Positions 25,499 through 37,180 of a stretch of 64,000 nucleotides of DNA are shown here, one piece after another. The notes beneath the pieces were generated by a model that was not told the DNA's origin, did no database searches, and saw only the letters and a program-made list of their open reading frames with translations. A program made the position numbers and the translations under genes. Origin of the DNA: Arenimonas sp. (lineage in GTDB: Bacteria; Pseudomonadota; Gammaproteobacteria; Xanthomonadales; Xanthomonadaceae); contig JAYSQD010000111.1 in NCBI GenBank assembly GCA_043721835.1, positions 60,703 through 124,702 on the forward strand, in the 5' to 3' direction. How positions within the stretch are numbered: position 1 is the first letter of the stretch; each line of letters begins with the position of its first letter.

Positions 25499-26133
25499 TT
25501 GGCTGCTCCCGCTGCTGGTGCTACTTCAGCCTCGGCTTCATCTTCTGAGAGATAGCGATAAGTTCTGACAGTTCCCTTCAGCTCCAATGCTGGATCAGTC
25601 GGGCTTCTTGGCTTCAATGAAATATTATGCATGGTCATGATAACCACACGCGGCAATGAAGCTACACCGCTCACAAATGCACCGAACTGATGATAACTAC
25701 CCACCATTCTTAAATTAATAGGTTTTTCAGCATAGAACTCGCGCTTAGTTTCAGGCTGTGGTTCAAAGAGTTCGTTATTAATGCCGGTTGCAAGTGCCGT
25801 CTGTGAAATATCCACGATCAAGTCAGGCATTTCATTTTTGCTGGGCAACTGCCTCAACATTTGCTTGAGCATTTGTTCCATCTGAACCAATTGCAATTTC
25901 AGTGGTTCCAAATTAGCTGCCTGACCTTGTTTCTCAGTCAGTGTCTGCTTGAGAGTGCCTTCTTGAGCTTCTAAGGATTTAAGCGTGTCCTGCCTTGAAC
26001 TGACGAACAGATACCAAGCCAAGAATAAAATCACAGCACCTATTAGCAGACAAGCACCCACTTTTGCCGGGTATGGCCATACGCCAGTGTTGTTGATATC
26101 CAGAGAGCTCAATTCAAATTTTTTCTTGCTCAT
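25495..26133 (-). CDS. pilO: Type IV pilus assembly protein PilO
   Basis: 212 aa with an N-terminal TM segment and a coiled coil. It has 4-nt overlaps with its neighbours. Confidence 0.85.
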   Translation of the reverse strand: MSKKKFELSSLDINNTGVWPYPAKVGACLLIGAVILFLAWYLFVSSRQDTLKSLEAQEGTLKQTLTEKQGQAANLEPLKLQLVQMEQMLKQMLRQLPSKNEMPDLIVDISQTALATGINNELFEPQPETKREFYAEKPINLRMVGSYHQFGAFVSGVASLPRVVIMTMHNISLKPRSPTDPALELKGTVRTYRYLSEDEAEAEVAPAAGAAK

Positions 26134-26848
26134 TGGGCACCTCCTGTTGTCGTACTTGCGTCTAAGTCACAATCATCGCTAGATGACGATGCAGCGGCGG
26201 CGGGGGTTACGGCCGCGGGTGCAGCAGGAGTCGCTGCAGGTGCGGTACCGGCTGCAGGCGGTATTGCTGCCACTGTGCCAGTAGAGCTTTCAGCATCGGC
26301 TTTAGTGCTCGGATTACCAATCGTCGTTATCAATGTGAATTGATAAGGCAATCCCTTATCGCCACCCTTCGCTTCAATAATGGTAAGTTCTGGCTGACTC
26401 ATCCAGCCCGATACTTGCAAATTTCGCATGTAGGCACTGACGCGAGCATTTGACTGTGAACTGCCATTCACCGTCAGCTTGCTGCCATCTTGCTCAAGGC
26501 TTGTAAGCTTCACGCCATCAGGAATGGTACGGACTAAATCATCAAATAAATGCACCATCAAGGAGCGGCGTCCTTGTAAGCATTCAATCGCTTTTTTACG
26601 CGACAGCAAATCCGCTTTTTGTTTATCTAGATCTTTAATTTCTTCAATTTGCTTATCAATCGTTGCAATTTGAGTCGTTAGATAATTATTACGGCCTTCT
26701 TGACCGCTGATCTGGCCGTTGTAATACAAGACAATTAAAATACTGAGGCCTACCGCGATGGCAGCTGCGGTACCAAGCATGGTGATAAATTCTTTTTGCT
26801 TCAGTTTGCGGCGCTCAAGGCGCCACGGTAATAGATTAATTTTAGCCA

Positions 26849-26849
<1 letters not shown>
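26130..26849 (-). CDS. pilN: Type IV pilus assembly protein PilN (with an Ala/Pro-rich C-terminal extension)
   Basis: It begins INLLPWR and has a TM segment and a coiled coil. The ~45-aa tail reads AAIPPAAGTAPAATPAAPAAVTPAAAASSSS. Confidence 0.85.
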
Positions 26850-27931
<1,082 letters not shown>

Positions 27932-28166
27932 TTACACGCAACTCGTGTGCAGTTACATTAATAACAAATTTTTTCGAATTGGCAATGCCCCCAGCCAAAT
28001 TTTCTTTAAATTGGTCCACATCGCCTCCCTCATCACAGCTCATTTGACGCAGTTTATAGTCTAAACCGGACGCTGAAACCCCTAAATAACGGGTTTTTTA
28101 CTGTGAAGCCCCGCACGTTCTATACTTCGCACTTCAAAATAAGTAAACCTTCAGGAGTGGCCCAGG

Positions 28167-30653
28167 ATGGCCGGTTTTTTTCGACTATTGCGCAAACTTT
28201 TCATTATTGGTCTCATTTTTGCCTTACTTGGGCTTGCCGTGGCGGTGGGGACTTATTTCTATTTAATGCCCAAGCTGCCGGATGTACAAGAACTTAGGGA
28301 CATCAAGCTACAAGTGCCTTTAAGCGTCTATACCAAGGACACTAAGCTTATTGCGCAATTTGGTGAGACTCGACGCTATCCGGTCGATATCAAGGACGTT
28401 CCACTGCAAGTGAAGCAAGCTTTCATCGCCAGTGAGGACGCCCGCTTTTATGAGCATGAGGGTCTAGATTACAAAGGGATTGGCCGCGCGATCTGGCTGA
28501 CAATGACTACTAGCGACAAGCGAGTGCCGGGTGGCAGCACCATTACCCAGCAGGTAGCCCGAAACTATTTCGAGCTCAGCCGTGACGTGGATTACAGCCG
28601 CAAACTCAAAGAAATGCTGCTGGCGCTGAAGATGGAGCGCGAACTGAGCAAAGAAGAAATTCTTGGTTTGTACCTGAATAAGATCTTTTTTGGCCACCGC
28701 GCTTACGGTATTGCGGCAGCGTCAGAGTTTTATTACGGTAAAAAACTCGATGAATTGACGCTGGCGGAAGCAGCCACCTTGGCTTCATTGCCAAAATTTC
28801 CTTCCAGCGGCAACCCAATCGTCAATCCCAAGCGCGCGATGGAGCGTCGCGCTTACGTTTTAAGACAAATGCTGGAAGAAAGCTATATCACGCAGGCTCA
28901 ACTCGATGCCGCCAATGCCGAACCCAATACGGCGAGGCGACACGAACCCAAAGTCGAAATGAATGCGCCGTATCTTGCCGAAATGGTACGCCGTGAAATG
29001 CTCGACCGTTATGGTGAGGAGGCGCTCGTCAGTGGCTTCAAGGTTTACACCACGGTCAACAGCATTGACCAGATTAATGCCGAAAAAGCCGTTCGCTCCG
29101 GCCTCATTGAATACGACCATCGCCATGGCTGGCGTGGAGCAGAAAGCCATGTCGATTTGCCAGCGGATGCCAGCACAGCGGCCTATATCGAAAAGGCGCG
29201 TAGCGTGCCTGTTATTACCGATTTCCCGGCGGCCATCGTCACTGGCTTTACCGGTAACGATGCGAACCTGGTGATATTCAATGGCACTGACTATCTGCTA
29301 ACCAGTACGGCAAGCAAGTGGACCGGGCGCTCGCCCGCGGCATTGCTGAAGCGTGGCGATATTGTTCGCTTATTGCTCAACGATAAAAAACTGGATGAGA
29401 ACAAGCCGGGGGATAAAACCCAGACTTACACACTATCGCAGCTACCTTCTGCGCAAGCGGCACTGGTATCGCTAAACCCTGAAGATGGCGCGCTGCGCGC
29501 GATAGTCGGTGGCTTCAGCTTTAACCAAAATAGCTTTAATCGCGCGATTCAAGCGACGCGCCAGCCCGGTTCGAGCTTCAAACCCTTTGTGTATGCGGCC
29601 GCTTTTGAGCGCGGCTACACGCCAGCGAGCATCGTCAATGATGCACCGGTCGAGTTCAAATACGGCAATGGCAAAGTCTGGCGCCCACAAAATGATGGTG
29701 GACGATTTGCTGGCCCCATTCGAGTTCGTGAAGCGCTGGTGCAGTCGCGCAATCTTGTCTCGGTACGTTTGCTATCGGCTATTGGCACCGATTTCGCAAG
29801 AACCTACATCACGCGATTTGGTTTTGATAAAGAACAACTGCCACCCAATCTTTCCATGTCCTTGGGAACTGCTTCGCTAACACCGATGTCAATTGCACGT
29901 GGTTATACGGTTTTTGCCAATGGCGGTTTTTTGGTGACTCCCTATTTCATAGAAAAAATTATTGATCGCAATGGTGATGCCGTTGCCCTGACGCGGCCAC
30001 TAACCGCTTGCCGCGCATGTTCGCAACGCACGTCGATGGATCAGCGCACGGCAACGGTGGTGGATGGCTTTGATTTCAGTGCCGGTGGCCCTAAAAAAGC
30101 AGCGGTTACAGAACCATCAAAAACCAAAGACCCGAATTTTGTCGGGCCACAGGAACTTTCCCTGGCGCCACGTGCCATTGATGAACGCATTGCCTATCTA
30201 CTTAGCTCCATGATGCGCGACGTTGTAAAACGCGGCACCGCTACCGCTGCCAAGGTATTAAAGCGCGAAGACATTGGTGGAAAAACCGGCTCTACCAATG
30301 ATCACCGTGACGCTTGGTTCAGTGGTTTCGGCGGAAATGTAGTAACGACGGTTTGGGTCGGCAAAGATAATTTTAAACCACTCGGCTATGGTGAATACGG
30401 TGGTCGTGCCGCACTACCAATCTGGATTGATTTTATGGGCGTTACATTAAAAGACGTTCCCGAAACCGATCTAACGCCACCCAATGGCATTGTGACCGCC
30501 AAGATCAGCGCAAGTGGAAATCTGCTGCCCGAAGGCACTCCAGGCGCATTGACCGAATACTTCAAACAAGAAGATTACGACCGCCTCATTTCCAGCGGCT
30601 ATAACTGGGAAGTGCCAGGCGGTGACAAAACCGATTTTGAAGATATTTTCTAA
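28167..30653 (+). CDS. mrcA: Penicillin-binding protein 1A (bifunctional transglycosylase/transpeptidase)
   Basis: 828 aa with the GT51 motifs EDARFYEH and GGSTITQQVARN and the transpeptidase motifs SSFKP and KTGSTND. It is divergent from pilM, as in many gammaproteobacteria. Confidence 0.95.
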   Translation: MAGFFRLLRKLFIIGLIFALLGLAVAVGTYFYLMPKLPDVQELRDIKLQVPLSVYTKDTKLIAQFGETRRYPVDIKDVPLQVKQAFIASEDARFYEHEGLDYKGIGRAIWLTMTTSDKRVPGGSTITQQVARNYFELSRDVDYSRKLKEMLLALKMERELSKEEILGLYLNKIFFGHRAYGIAAASEFYYGKKLDELTLAEAATLASLPKFPSSGNPIVNPKRAMERRAYVLRQMLEESYITQAQLDAANAEPNTARRHEPKVEMNAPYLAEMVRREMLDRYGEEALVSGFKVYTTVNSIDQINAEKAVRSGLIEYDHRHGWRGAESHVDLPADASTAAYIEKARSVPVITDFPAAIVTGFTGNDANLVIFNGTDYLLTSTASKWTGRSPAALLKRGDIVRLLLNDKKLDENKPGDKTQTYTLSQLPSAQAALVSLNPEDGALRAIVGGFSFNQNSFNRAIQATRQPGSSFKPFVYAAAFERGYTPASIVNDAPVEFKYGNGKVWRPQNDGGRFAGPIRVREALVQSRNLVSVRLLSAIGTDFARTYITRFGFDKEQLPPNLSMSLGTASLTPMSIARGYTVFANGGFLVTPYFIEKIIDRNGDAVALTRPLTACRACSQRTSMDQRTATVVDGFDFSAGGPKKAAVTEPSKTKDPNFVGPQELSLAPRAIDERIAYLLSSMMRDVVKRGTATAAKVLKREDIGGKTGSTNDHRDAWFSGFGGNVVTTVWVGKDNFKPLGYGEYGGRAALPIWIDFMGVTLKDVPETDLTPPNGIVTAKISASGNLLPEGTPGALTEYFKQEDYDRLISSGYNWEVPGGDKTDFEDIF

Positions 30654-30689
30654 TCGAGAATAACGCGCTGCGTTTCAGAAACCGGCGCG

Positions 30690-31271
30690 TTATCGATGAG
30701 GCGGCTCAAAAACCAATCGTCCTTCATAGCAGAATAACTGCCCAATCCATGGCATCGAAAAACTGACATGGAATTGGTAATACTGATCGACAATTTTTTT
30801 GTAGGCCTTTGAATGCGGGAATAGCACCAGGGGTATTGGCCAGCCAAAAACACAGACGCCAAGCACCCGCCAATGCCAGGCAGAATCAATAATATCGATA
30901 GTAAGCTTTAGCTCAATCGGCCCGGTTTTTTCCAGCCAATATCCAGCAGGGTAATTTCCGAAAGCCTGAAAAATCGATAGCACTGTATTTTGCCGATCAA
31001 AACAACGATTCCAATACAGACTATTTTCGCGATGACGAATTTCCACTCTTAATTCATGCTCGCCCGGTTGCAGGGGAATACCGAGTTTTTTTGCCAGGCG
31101 TTTGCCAACAAATCCGGCCAATCTTTCGCCAAAATTTAAACTAACTTTTCCTACCAATGTCCCGCCATCACGATGGAGCAATTGCAAATCAGGATGCAGT
31201 TGGAAAAACGCTTCGCCAAACCAGTTTGCAACAGCGTTGTTTTCATCATTTCGCCGGGGCATGCTTTGCAT
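30690..31271 (-). CDS. DUF4166-like protein
   Basis: 193 aa. The pattern LHPDLQLLH...GERLAGFVGKRLAKKLGIP...WNRCF...FSMPWIGQLFCYEGRL resembles DUF4166 as I recall it. Confidence 0.5.
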   Translation of the reverse strand: MQSMPRRNDENNAVANWFGEAFFQLHPDLQLLHRDGGTLVGKVSLNFGERLAGFVGKRLAKKLGIPLQPGEHELRVEIRHRENSLYWNRCFDRQNTVLSIFQAFGNYPAGYWLEKTGPIELKLTIDIIDSAWHWRVLGVCVFGWPIPLVLFPHSKAYKKIVDQYYQFHVSFSMPWIGQLFCYEGRLVFEPPHR

Positions 31272-31350
31272 CCTTAGTCACCCACACTTCCAGCACATGC
31301 CCTGCCCGTAGATATTATTTAATGTTGCAGTACACAACAAGAGAAAAGTC

Positions 31351-31548
31351 GTGGAGAGCACTCGTTTACTTCGCAGAACAAGCCAGGACAAAATGATCGC
31401 AGGCGTAATGGGTGGAGCAGCGCAGTATTTTGGGCTAGACGCCAATCTATTGCGTATCGTGTTCGTCGGCGGCTCAGTTTTATCGGCCGCATTTCCTGGC
31501 ATTTTGGTGTATTTGGTGTTGTGGCTTGTCATACCTAAGGATCAGTAA
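31351..31548 (+). CDS. PspC-domain small membrane protein
   Basis: 65 aa reading RRTSQDKMIAGVMGGAAQYFGLDANLLRIVFV...LVYLVLWLVIP. The start is GTG. Confidence 0.75.
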   Translation: MESTRLLRRTSQDKMIAGVMGGAAQYFGLDANLLRIVFVGGSVLSAAFPGILVYLVLWLVIPKDQ

Positions 31549-34500
31549 ATACCAGAGTTTGCAGTAACTCTTGTAAATCTGCCGTGTTAACAGGTTTGCG
31601 AATAAAAGCCTTCATTCCCGCTGCTAGGGCAGCGGGTTCTGCTTGTGCATCGGCACGTGCAGTAATGGCCACTAATGGCAAACAATAGGCTTGGGCTTGA
31701 ATTAAACGTGCTAGCTCGAGCCCGTCTATGCCCGGCAAATCCAGATCTAGTAATGCCAAGTCGAAATTTTGCAAGGCCAACTGAGAAAGCGCTTGTAAGC
31801 CTTGCTGTGCATGACTGACGTGATGCCCCATTGCCTGTAACAACCCCATTAACACTTCCGCTACCAGTGGCTCATCTTCAACCAAAAGTATTTTCAAGGC
31901 ACTATTTTGATAAGGTTTCTGGGTCTCCGAAATACTACCTTCAATCATTTTTTCTGCCCTAGGTAACGCCAGTTCAACGATAAAAATGGCGCCTTGACCA
32001 AGACTGCTTTTTATTTCGACATGACCATTCATTGCCATGGCTAATTCCTGACAAATTGCCAAGCCCAAACCACTGCCGCCGTAACGCTGGTTAGTACGAT
32101 TACCCTCGGCCTGTTCAAATCGTTGAAATAAACGCGCTTGCTGTTCGTCGCTCATCCCTGGACCTGTGTCGGAGACTTGTAATTGCAGACCCTGTGGAAT
32201 CAACCCGGCACTACGAATTAATACCTGACCCTGCTCGGTAAATTTAATAGCGTTGTTGCCTAGATTGAGTAATATTTGCCGTACTCGACCGGCATCACCA
32301 CGGCAAAAATCCGGCGTGCTTTTATCTATCAGACAACTGAAGCTTAAGCCCTTAATTTCTGCCAAGGGCTTGAGTAGTTCTGCCACTTCCAGAATCAGCG
32401 CCTTGACATCAAATACTTCATCATGCAAACGTAACTTGCCTGCTTCAATCTGCGCCAAATCTAGCACGTCATTAACCAAGCGTAGCAAATGTTGGCCCGC
32501 ACGTTGAATGGCACTGACACGATGCCGCTGTTGCAAATTTAACTCACCCGCCTGTAGTAGCTCAGCCATACCCAACACACCTGTCATGGGCGTGCGAATC
32601 TCATGACCCAAGGTCGCCAAAAAATGAGACTTGGCAGCAGAATTGTGCTGTGCTATTTCACGTTCCTGGTCGCGCAAGCCTTGTTGATGACGTAGTTTTA
32701 CACGGCGACGATAAAGCAAAGCCAGCGCCAGAAAAACCATGCCAAATAATAACCCCCAAAGAATTTTCGCCCAAGCCGTTTTCCACCATGGTGGCTGTAC
32801 AATAAATTGGAATTTTAGTGGCTCAGACCAGCGACCTTCGGCATCGGCAGCTTTTGCCAGTAGCTGATAATTCCCTGCCGGCAAACTTGAAAATACGCGT
32901 TCGCCCGAGCTGCCAGCATCTACCCAGTCATTGTCGTAAGCTTTCAGTAAAAAACGATAACGATGCATGGATGCATCCGCAAATGAAAGCAATCGCAGCT
33001 TGACTGTTAAATCACGATCATCCGACTGCAAATCAACTATCGGCGAGGTATTAGGAAAATATATTTTATCCTCACCACGCCGCACTGAAATACTATCCAA
33101 TACAAGTGGTGACAAAACACTTTGATTACGAATTTTTGCAGGATCAAACACGACCAATCCCTTGGTCGTGCTAACCAGCACAAGCCCGCTTGACATGAGC
33201 AAGGCCGGCTGCATATCAAACTCTTGGCTAGGCAGTCCATCACGTTCACCAAACATGCGCAGCTGATGGGTCAAGACGTTATAACGCAGTAATCCGCGTG
33301 TCGTGGTCAGCCATAAGTTGCCGCTTCGGTCAGGCACAATTGAGCCGACCTCTACCGGCGGTAAACCATCATCACTGCTAACACGCCGCAAACTTTGAAG
33401 TTTTTTTCCATCCCACTGAAGCGCTTCCAGAACACCAATATGATGCACCCAAACAGTATCTGCGGCTAAAAAACAGAAAGCATCTACGCGCTCGTTCGGA
33501 CTACCTGCGATCCTAAAGAATTTTTGAGCATCATCATCCCATCGCAATAAGCCTTCCGCAGTGGCAACCCACAACTCTCCGTCTGGACTCAAAGCAAATT
33601 GATCTGGGTCTGCAGACGCCAAGCCTTTGCCATCACCAGGGACAATCTGATGTATGACATGGCCACTTTCATCGCGTGCCTGAATACCACCGCCGTAGGA
33701 GGCTGACCATAGTAGGCCGTCGTTGGTTTGGATTAGGAGGCGAACTGGACCTAATAACGTACCTCCCATCTTAGAACGGATAGTAAAGTATTTTGATTGC
33801 CGAGCTGGTGGATCAAACCGTAACAAGCCCTTGTCATGCCCCAGCCAAACAGCGCCATCACGAGTTTGTAACACCGACCATATATGTGTTGTCCACTTTT
33901 CCGTGTCGACGAGCACCTGCTCAATGCTACCTATTAACAGATTTATCCTGTCTAAGCCGCCACCTTGACTCACTGACCAAACATGATCTTTGTCAGCTTC
34001 AGATGCCGCATGCACCATAGCACCCGACAACGTTTTCGTATTCAAACCCTCATGTCGAAAAACCGAAAAATTACGCCACCCGGCAGGCAATCGTAAAAGA
34101 CCACGATCTTCCGTCGGAAACCAGAATCCGCCTTCGTGATCTTCGAATACACCGTATATTTTTGCTGGTGTTTGCGCGTCCGGTGTATAACTCAACAACT
34201 GTTTATCTCGCCATTGAAAAACATTGGGACCATCACTAAACCAAATCGCACTCTGCTGATCTTGCCAGAGACCGGTAATTGATTTTCCTGGTAAAAACAC
34301 CTCATCCAGCTTCTCGCCTTTATCAGATAGATGGATTAGTCCTTTATTGGTTCCTGCCCAGATACTTCCATCTTGATCCGCCATCAGTTGCAAAATAAAA
34401 GTGTTGAGCTGATCACCCATCTTAAGGGTGGTAAATTTTTTCCCGTCCCAAAAACATAAACCCTTTGTAGTACCAATCCAAAGTCGATCGCGTTTATCAA

Positions 34501-35047
34501 CAGCCAAAGACATAATCGTCTCGCTGGGTAGGGAGTCATTACTATTTTTTCCCGGCATAAAACGCTTAATATGCCCATTGGCATCCATACGGTGCAGACC
34601 ACCACCATAGGTACCAAACCACAAGCTGCCATCGGCGGTTGAAGTCATCGCCCAAATATCATCGCTACCGATTTCAGGATGTGTCCTTCTGCGAAAATGT
34701 GTCATATCGGTACGTTCCGCATTCAAACGGCTAATACCCTGCCCTTCAATCGCAATCCACAGCCGGTCCTGTTTATCAACATGCAAGGCTTGCACTACAT
34801 TGCCAGGCAAGGAATTGTCATCACCGGGAGCATAACGATAAATTTTATAGCCAACCCCGTCGTAACGGGCTAAGCCGTCTTTACTGGCTATCCACAGATA
34901 GCCTTTTTTATCTTGCGTGACAGCATACAAAGTGCTCGACGGCAAACCATCGGCCACCGTCAATTGCCGGAATTGTGGCGTTTCCGGCAGTCCCGCTAAC
35001 ACCGAAGAGCAGCACAGCAGCAGCCCAAGCAATAGGCATAAACGCAT
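31535..35047 (-). CDS. Hybrid sensor histidine kinase/response regulator with a periplasmic beta-propeller (Reg_prop/Y_Y_Y-type) sensor
   Basis: 1170 aa with a signal peptide and many repeats of the type LW[IF][GA]T..GL. It also has a TM segment, the H-box FLATLGHEIRTPMTGV, an HATPase domain (GGSGLGLAICQ) and a C-terminal receiver (LLVEDEPLV...LDLDLPGIDG). Confidence 0.9.
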   Translation of the reverse strand: MRLCLLLGLLLCCSSVLAGLPETPQFRQLTVADGLPSSTLYAVTQDKKGYLWIASKDGLARYDGVGYKIYRYAPGDDNSLPGNVVQALHVDKQDRLWIAIEGQGISRLNAERTDMTHFRRRTHPEIGSDDIWAMTSTADGSLWFGTYGGGLHRMDANGHIKRFMPGKNSNDSLPSETIMSLAVDKRDRLWIGTTKGLCFWDGKKFTTLKMGDQLNTFILQLMADQDGSIWAGTNKGLIHLSDKGEKLDEVFLPGKSITGLWQDQQSAIWFSDGPNVFQWRDKQLLSYTPDAQTPAKIYGVFEDHEGGFWFPTEDRGLLRLPAGWRNFSVFRHEGLNTKTLSGAMVHAASEADKDHVWSVSQGGGLDRINLLIGSIEQVLVDTEKWTTHIWSVLQTRDGAVWLGHDKGLLRFDPPARQSKYFTIRSKMGGTLLGPVRLLIQTNDGLLWSASYGGGIQARDESGHVIHQIVPGDGKGLASADPDQFALSPDGELWVATAEGLLRWDDDAQKFFRIAGSPNERVDAFCFLAADTVWVHHIGVLEALQWDGKKLQSLRRVSSDDGLPPVEVGSIVPDRSGNLWLTTTRGLLRYNVLTHQLRMFGERDGLPSQEFDMQPALLMSSGLVLVSTTKGLVVFDPAKIRNQSVLSPLVLDSISVRRGEDKIYFPNTSPIVDLQSDDRDLTVKLRLLSFADASMHRYRFLLKAYDNDWVDAGSSGERVFSSLPAGNYQLLAKAADAEGRWSEPLKFQFIVQPPWWKTAWAKILWGLLFGMVFLALALLYRRRVKLRHQQGLRDQEREIAQHNSAAKSHFLATLGHEIRTPMTGVLGMAELLQAGELNLQQRHRVSAIQRAGQHLLRLVNDVLDLAQIEAGKLRLHDEVFDVKALILEVAELLKPLAEIKGLSFSCLIDKSTPDFCRGDAGRVRQILLNLGNNAIKFTEQGQVLIRSAGLIPQGLQLQVSDTGPGMSDEQQARLFQRFEQAEGNRTNQRYGGSGLGLAICQELAMAMNGHVEIKSSLGQGAIFIVELALPRAEKMIEGSISETQKPYQNSALKILLVEDEPLVAEVLMGLLQAMGHHVSHAQQGLQALSQLALQNFDLALLDLDLPGIDGLELARLIQAQAYCLPLVAITARADAQAEPAALAAGMKAFIRKPVNTADLQELLQTLVFTDP

Positions 35048-35208
35048 TAGATTTCCCCAAAGTCACCAACTCAATCGTTTCAAAGATCGTCAAATTGAGC
35101 AATACCTTACGCATCACTACTTTGATGTTTCCAGCCTGCAACGGTTCATTTCATTACGGTTAGTATTCAAACACCGTCGTAGCGCTAGAATGCGCCAAGG
35201 AGAATTCT

Positions 35209-35832
35209 ATGAAACTCAAACTGTTCGCACACGCATTTTTATTTCCTCTCGGCTTATTACTTAATGGCAATGTGCAGGCCAAACCTGAGCCGTTTGATAT
35301 CGACCCAATACATACTCGCGTTGCTTTCATGGTGTCGCATGCTGGATTCTCGAATCCAATCGGAACTTTCTCCGGCAGTACCGGGCAATTGCAATTTGAT
35401 GAAGGCAACTGGAGCCAATCGTCGGTATCAGCCAATATTCCATTGGCGAGTTTGAATTTGGGTGATTTAAATTGGCAGGAAAAAATACTCGACAGCACAT
35501 TCTTCAACGTCAAAAAATTTCCCGCGGCAACTTTCGTTTCGCAACGCATTGAAAAACTATCCGACCACAGCGGCATTGCGCATGGAACTTTGACTATTCA
35601 TGGCAGCAGTCAACCGGTCGACCTTAACTTCACCTTGAATGCCTTGAAACGACATCCATTGAACTTTAAAAAAACGATTGGTTTTTCAGCAACAGCTACA
35701 CTAAGCCGAAAGGCATTCGGCATTGCTGCGTGGAGCAATCTTATTGGCGATGAAGTAAAAATTATTATTGAACTTGAAGCCACGCGCAGTAAAACCGAAC
35801 CGCTCGGAGAAAACAGTGTCGATACGAAATAA
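35209..35832 (+). CDS. YceI family periplasmic protein
   Basis: 207 aa with a signal peptide, plus IDPIHTRVAFMVSHAGFSNPIGTFSG and GTLTIHG. Confidence 0.85.
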   Translation: MKLKLFAHAFLFPLGLLLNGNVQAKPEPFDIDPIHTRVAFMVSHAGFSNPIGTFSGSTGQLQFDEGNWSQSSVSANIPLASLNLGDLNWQEKILDSTFFNVKKFPAATFVSQRIEKLSDHSGIAHGTLTIHGSSQPVDLNFTLNALKRHPLNFKKTIGFSATATLSRKAFGIAAWSNLIGDEVKIIIELEATRSKTEPLGENSVDTK

Positions 35833-36373
35833 TTCGCAAGCCTGGGGCAGCCTGAGCATCGGTTTGCATTGGCTGACCTTTATCCTGATTTTAGGTCTGG
35901 CAATGGTCGGCTTGATCATGACCGACTTGGCGAATGGTCCGCTGAAAATACAGGTTTACGCCCTGCATAAAAGTTTTGGCCTGACCGTATTGGCTTTAAC
36001 CATCATTCGATTACTTTGGCGACTACTCTCCACCACGCCTGAAATCACCATTAATACTCCTGCATGGCAAAAGTGGATCGCCAAATTAACCCATGGCCTG
36101 CTTTACTTATTGCTATTCGCCATGCCGATCAGCGGCTGGCTTTATAACTCGGCCGCCGGTTTCCCCCTGAAATATTTTGGCCTGTTTAAACTGCCCAAGC
36201 TAAGCGTTTACGATCCCGAGTTAAAACAACTTGCAGGCGATGCGCACACTACTTTTTTCTACATTCTGGCGTTATTGATGTTAATGCACGCCAGTGCCGC
36301 GCTGAAACATCATTATCTCGATAAAGATAATACCCTAACCCGCATGCTACCTTGGCTTGCGAAAAAATCATGA
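35816..36373 (+). CDS. Cytochrome b561 family protein
   Basis: The ORF is open from 35768. The likely start is GTG 35816, preceded by GGAG 7 nt upstream. It has four TM helices with conserved His residues (LHWLTF..., YALHKSFG, HGLLY, ALKHH). Confidence 0.85.
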   Translation: MSIRNNSQAWGSLSIGLHWLTFILILGLAMVGLIMTDLANGPLKIQVYALHKSFGLTVLALTIIRLLWRLLSTTPEITINTPAWQKWIAKLTHGLLYLLLFAMPISGWLYNSAAGFPLKYFGLFKLPKLSVYDPELKQLAGDAHTTFFYILALLMLMHASAALKHHYLDKDNTLTRMLPWLAKKS

Positions 36374-36963
36374 GGTTCACCATGCGCGCATTAATTTTTT
36401 TCTGTGTTCTGTTCAGTGGCAATGTTTTTGCAACCGAGTATGCACAGCAAGCAGGTTCGAGTCTGGGCTTCACCGGAAGCTATCAGGGCGAGGCCTTCAG
36501 TGGTAGTTTTGCAAAATTTAATTCCAGCATTAATTTTGATCCTGCAAAACTGGCACAAAGTCGTTTCGATGTTCGCATAACACTCGGCAGCGCCAATACA
36601 AAAAATTCCGAGCGCGATGAAATGTTATTGTCTTCGGATTTTTTCAATTCCAAAGCACAGCCTGAAGCACGTTATGTCGCGACAAAATTTCGCGCGCTGG
36701 GCAATAACCGTTTTGTTGCCGATGGCGTGCTGAGCCTGCGGGGCATTTCAAAAGCAACGCCGCTTACCTTTACCTGGATAACGGGCGCCAAACCACAATT
36801 AGTCGGCAGCGCAAAAATTCAGCGACTCGATTTCAAAGTAGGTATCGGTGATTGGGATGATGTGGAATTAATTCCGAATGCCGTCACTGTCAATACCCGT
36901 TTACTATTGTCGCCCGCTACAACGCCAGTTAACGCAATCAAACCTGTTCCGAAGAAGCCATAA
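36370..36963 (+). CDS. YceI family periplasmic protein (second copy)
   Basis: The ATG at 36370 overlaps the cytochrome b561 stop (ATGA). It has a signal peptide and the motifs ...SERDEML..SDFFNS... and GVLSLRG. Confidence 0.85.
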   Translation: MRFTMRALIFFCVLFSGNVFATEYAQQAGSSLGFTGSYQGEAFSGSFAKFNSSINFDPAKLAQSRFDVRITLGSANTKNSERDEMLLSSDFFNSKAQPEARYVATKFRALGNNRFVADGVLSLRGISKATPLTFTWITGAKPQLVGSAKIQRLDFKVGIGDWDDVELIPNAVTVNTRLLLSPATTPVNAIKPVPKKP

Positions 36964-37180
36964 GCTCCCGCACCTGTTCGGCTGTAAAAGGCCAATCCAA
37001 CTCCATACTGTTGCGTGTGTACTTGAGCACTGGCACACGCAACCCGTATTGATTTTCCAATGAGGTATCGCCTTCAATCCAGATTGACTCGAAATCAGAC
37101 ACCTGCGCTTGTGCCAACACTTCCCATGCTAGTTCGCACAGATGGCAGTGATCACGCTGAAAAAGAATTAAATGAGACAT
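36938..37180 (-). CDS. Glutaredoxin-like small protein (DUF836 type)
   Basis: 80 aa with the CHLC redox motif near the N-terminus (LILFQRDHCHLCE) and VPVL. Confidence 0.7.
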   Translation of the reverse strand: MSHLILFQRDHCHLCELAWEVLAQAQVSDFESIWIEGDTSLENQYGLRVPVLKYTRNSMELDWPFTAEQVRELMASSEQV

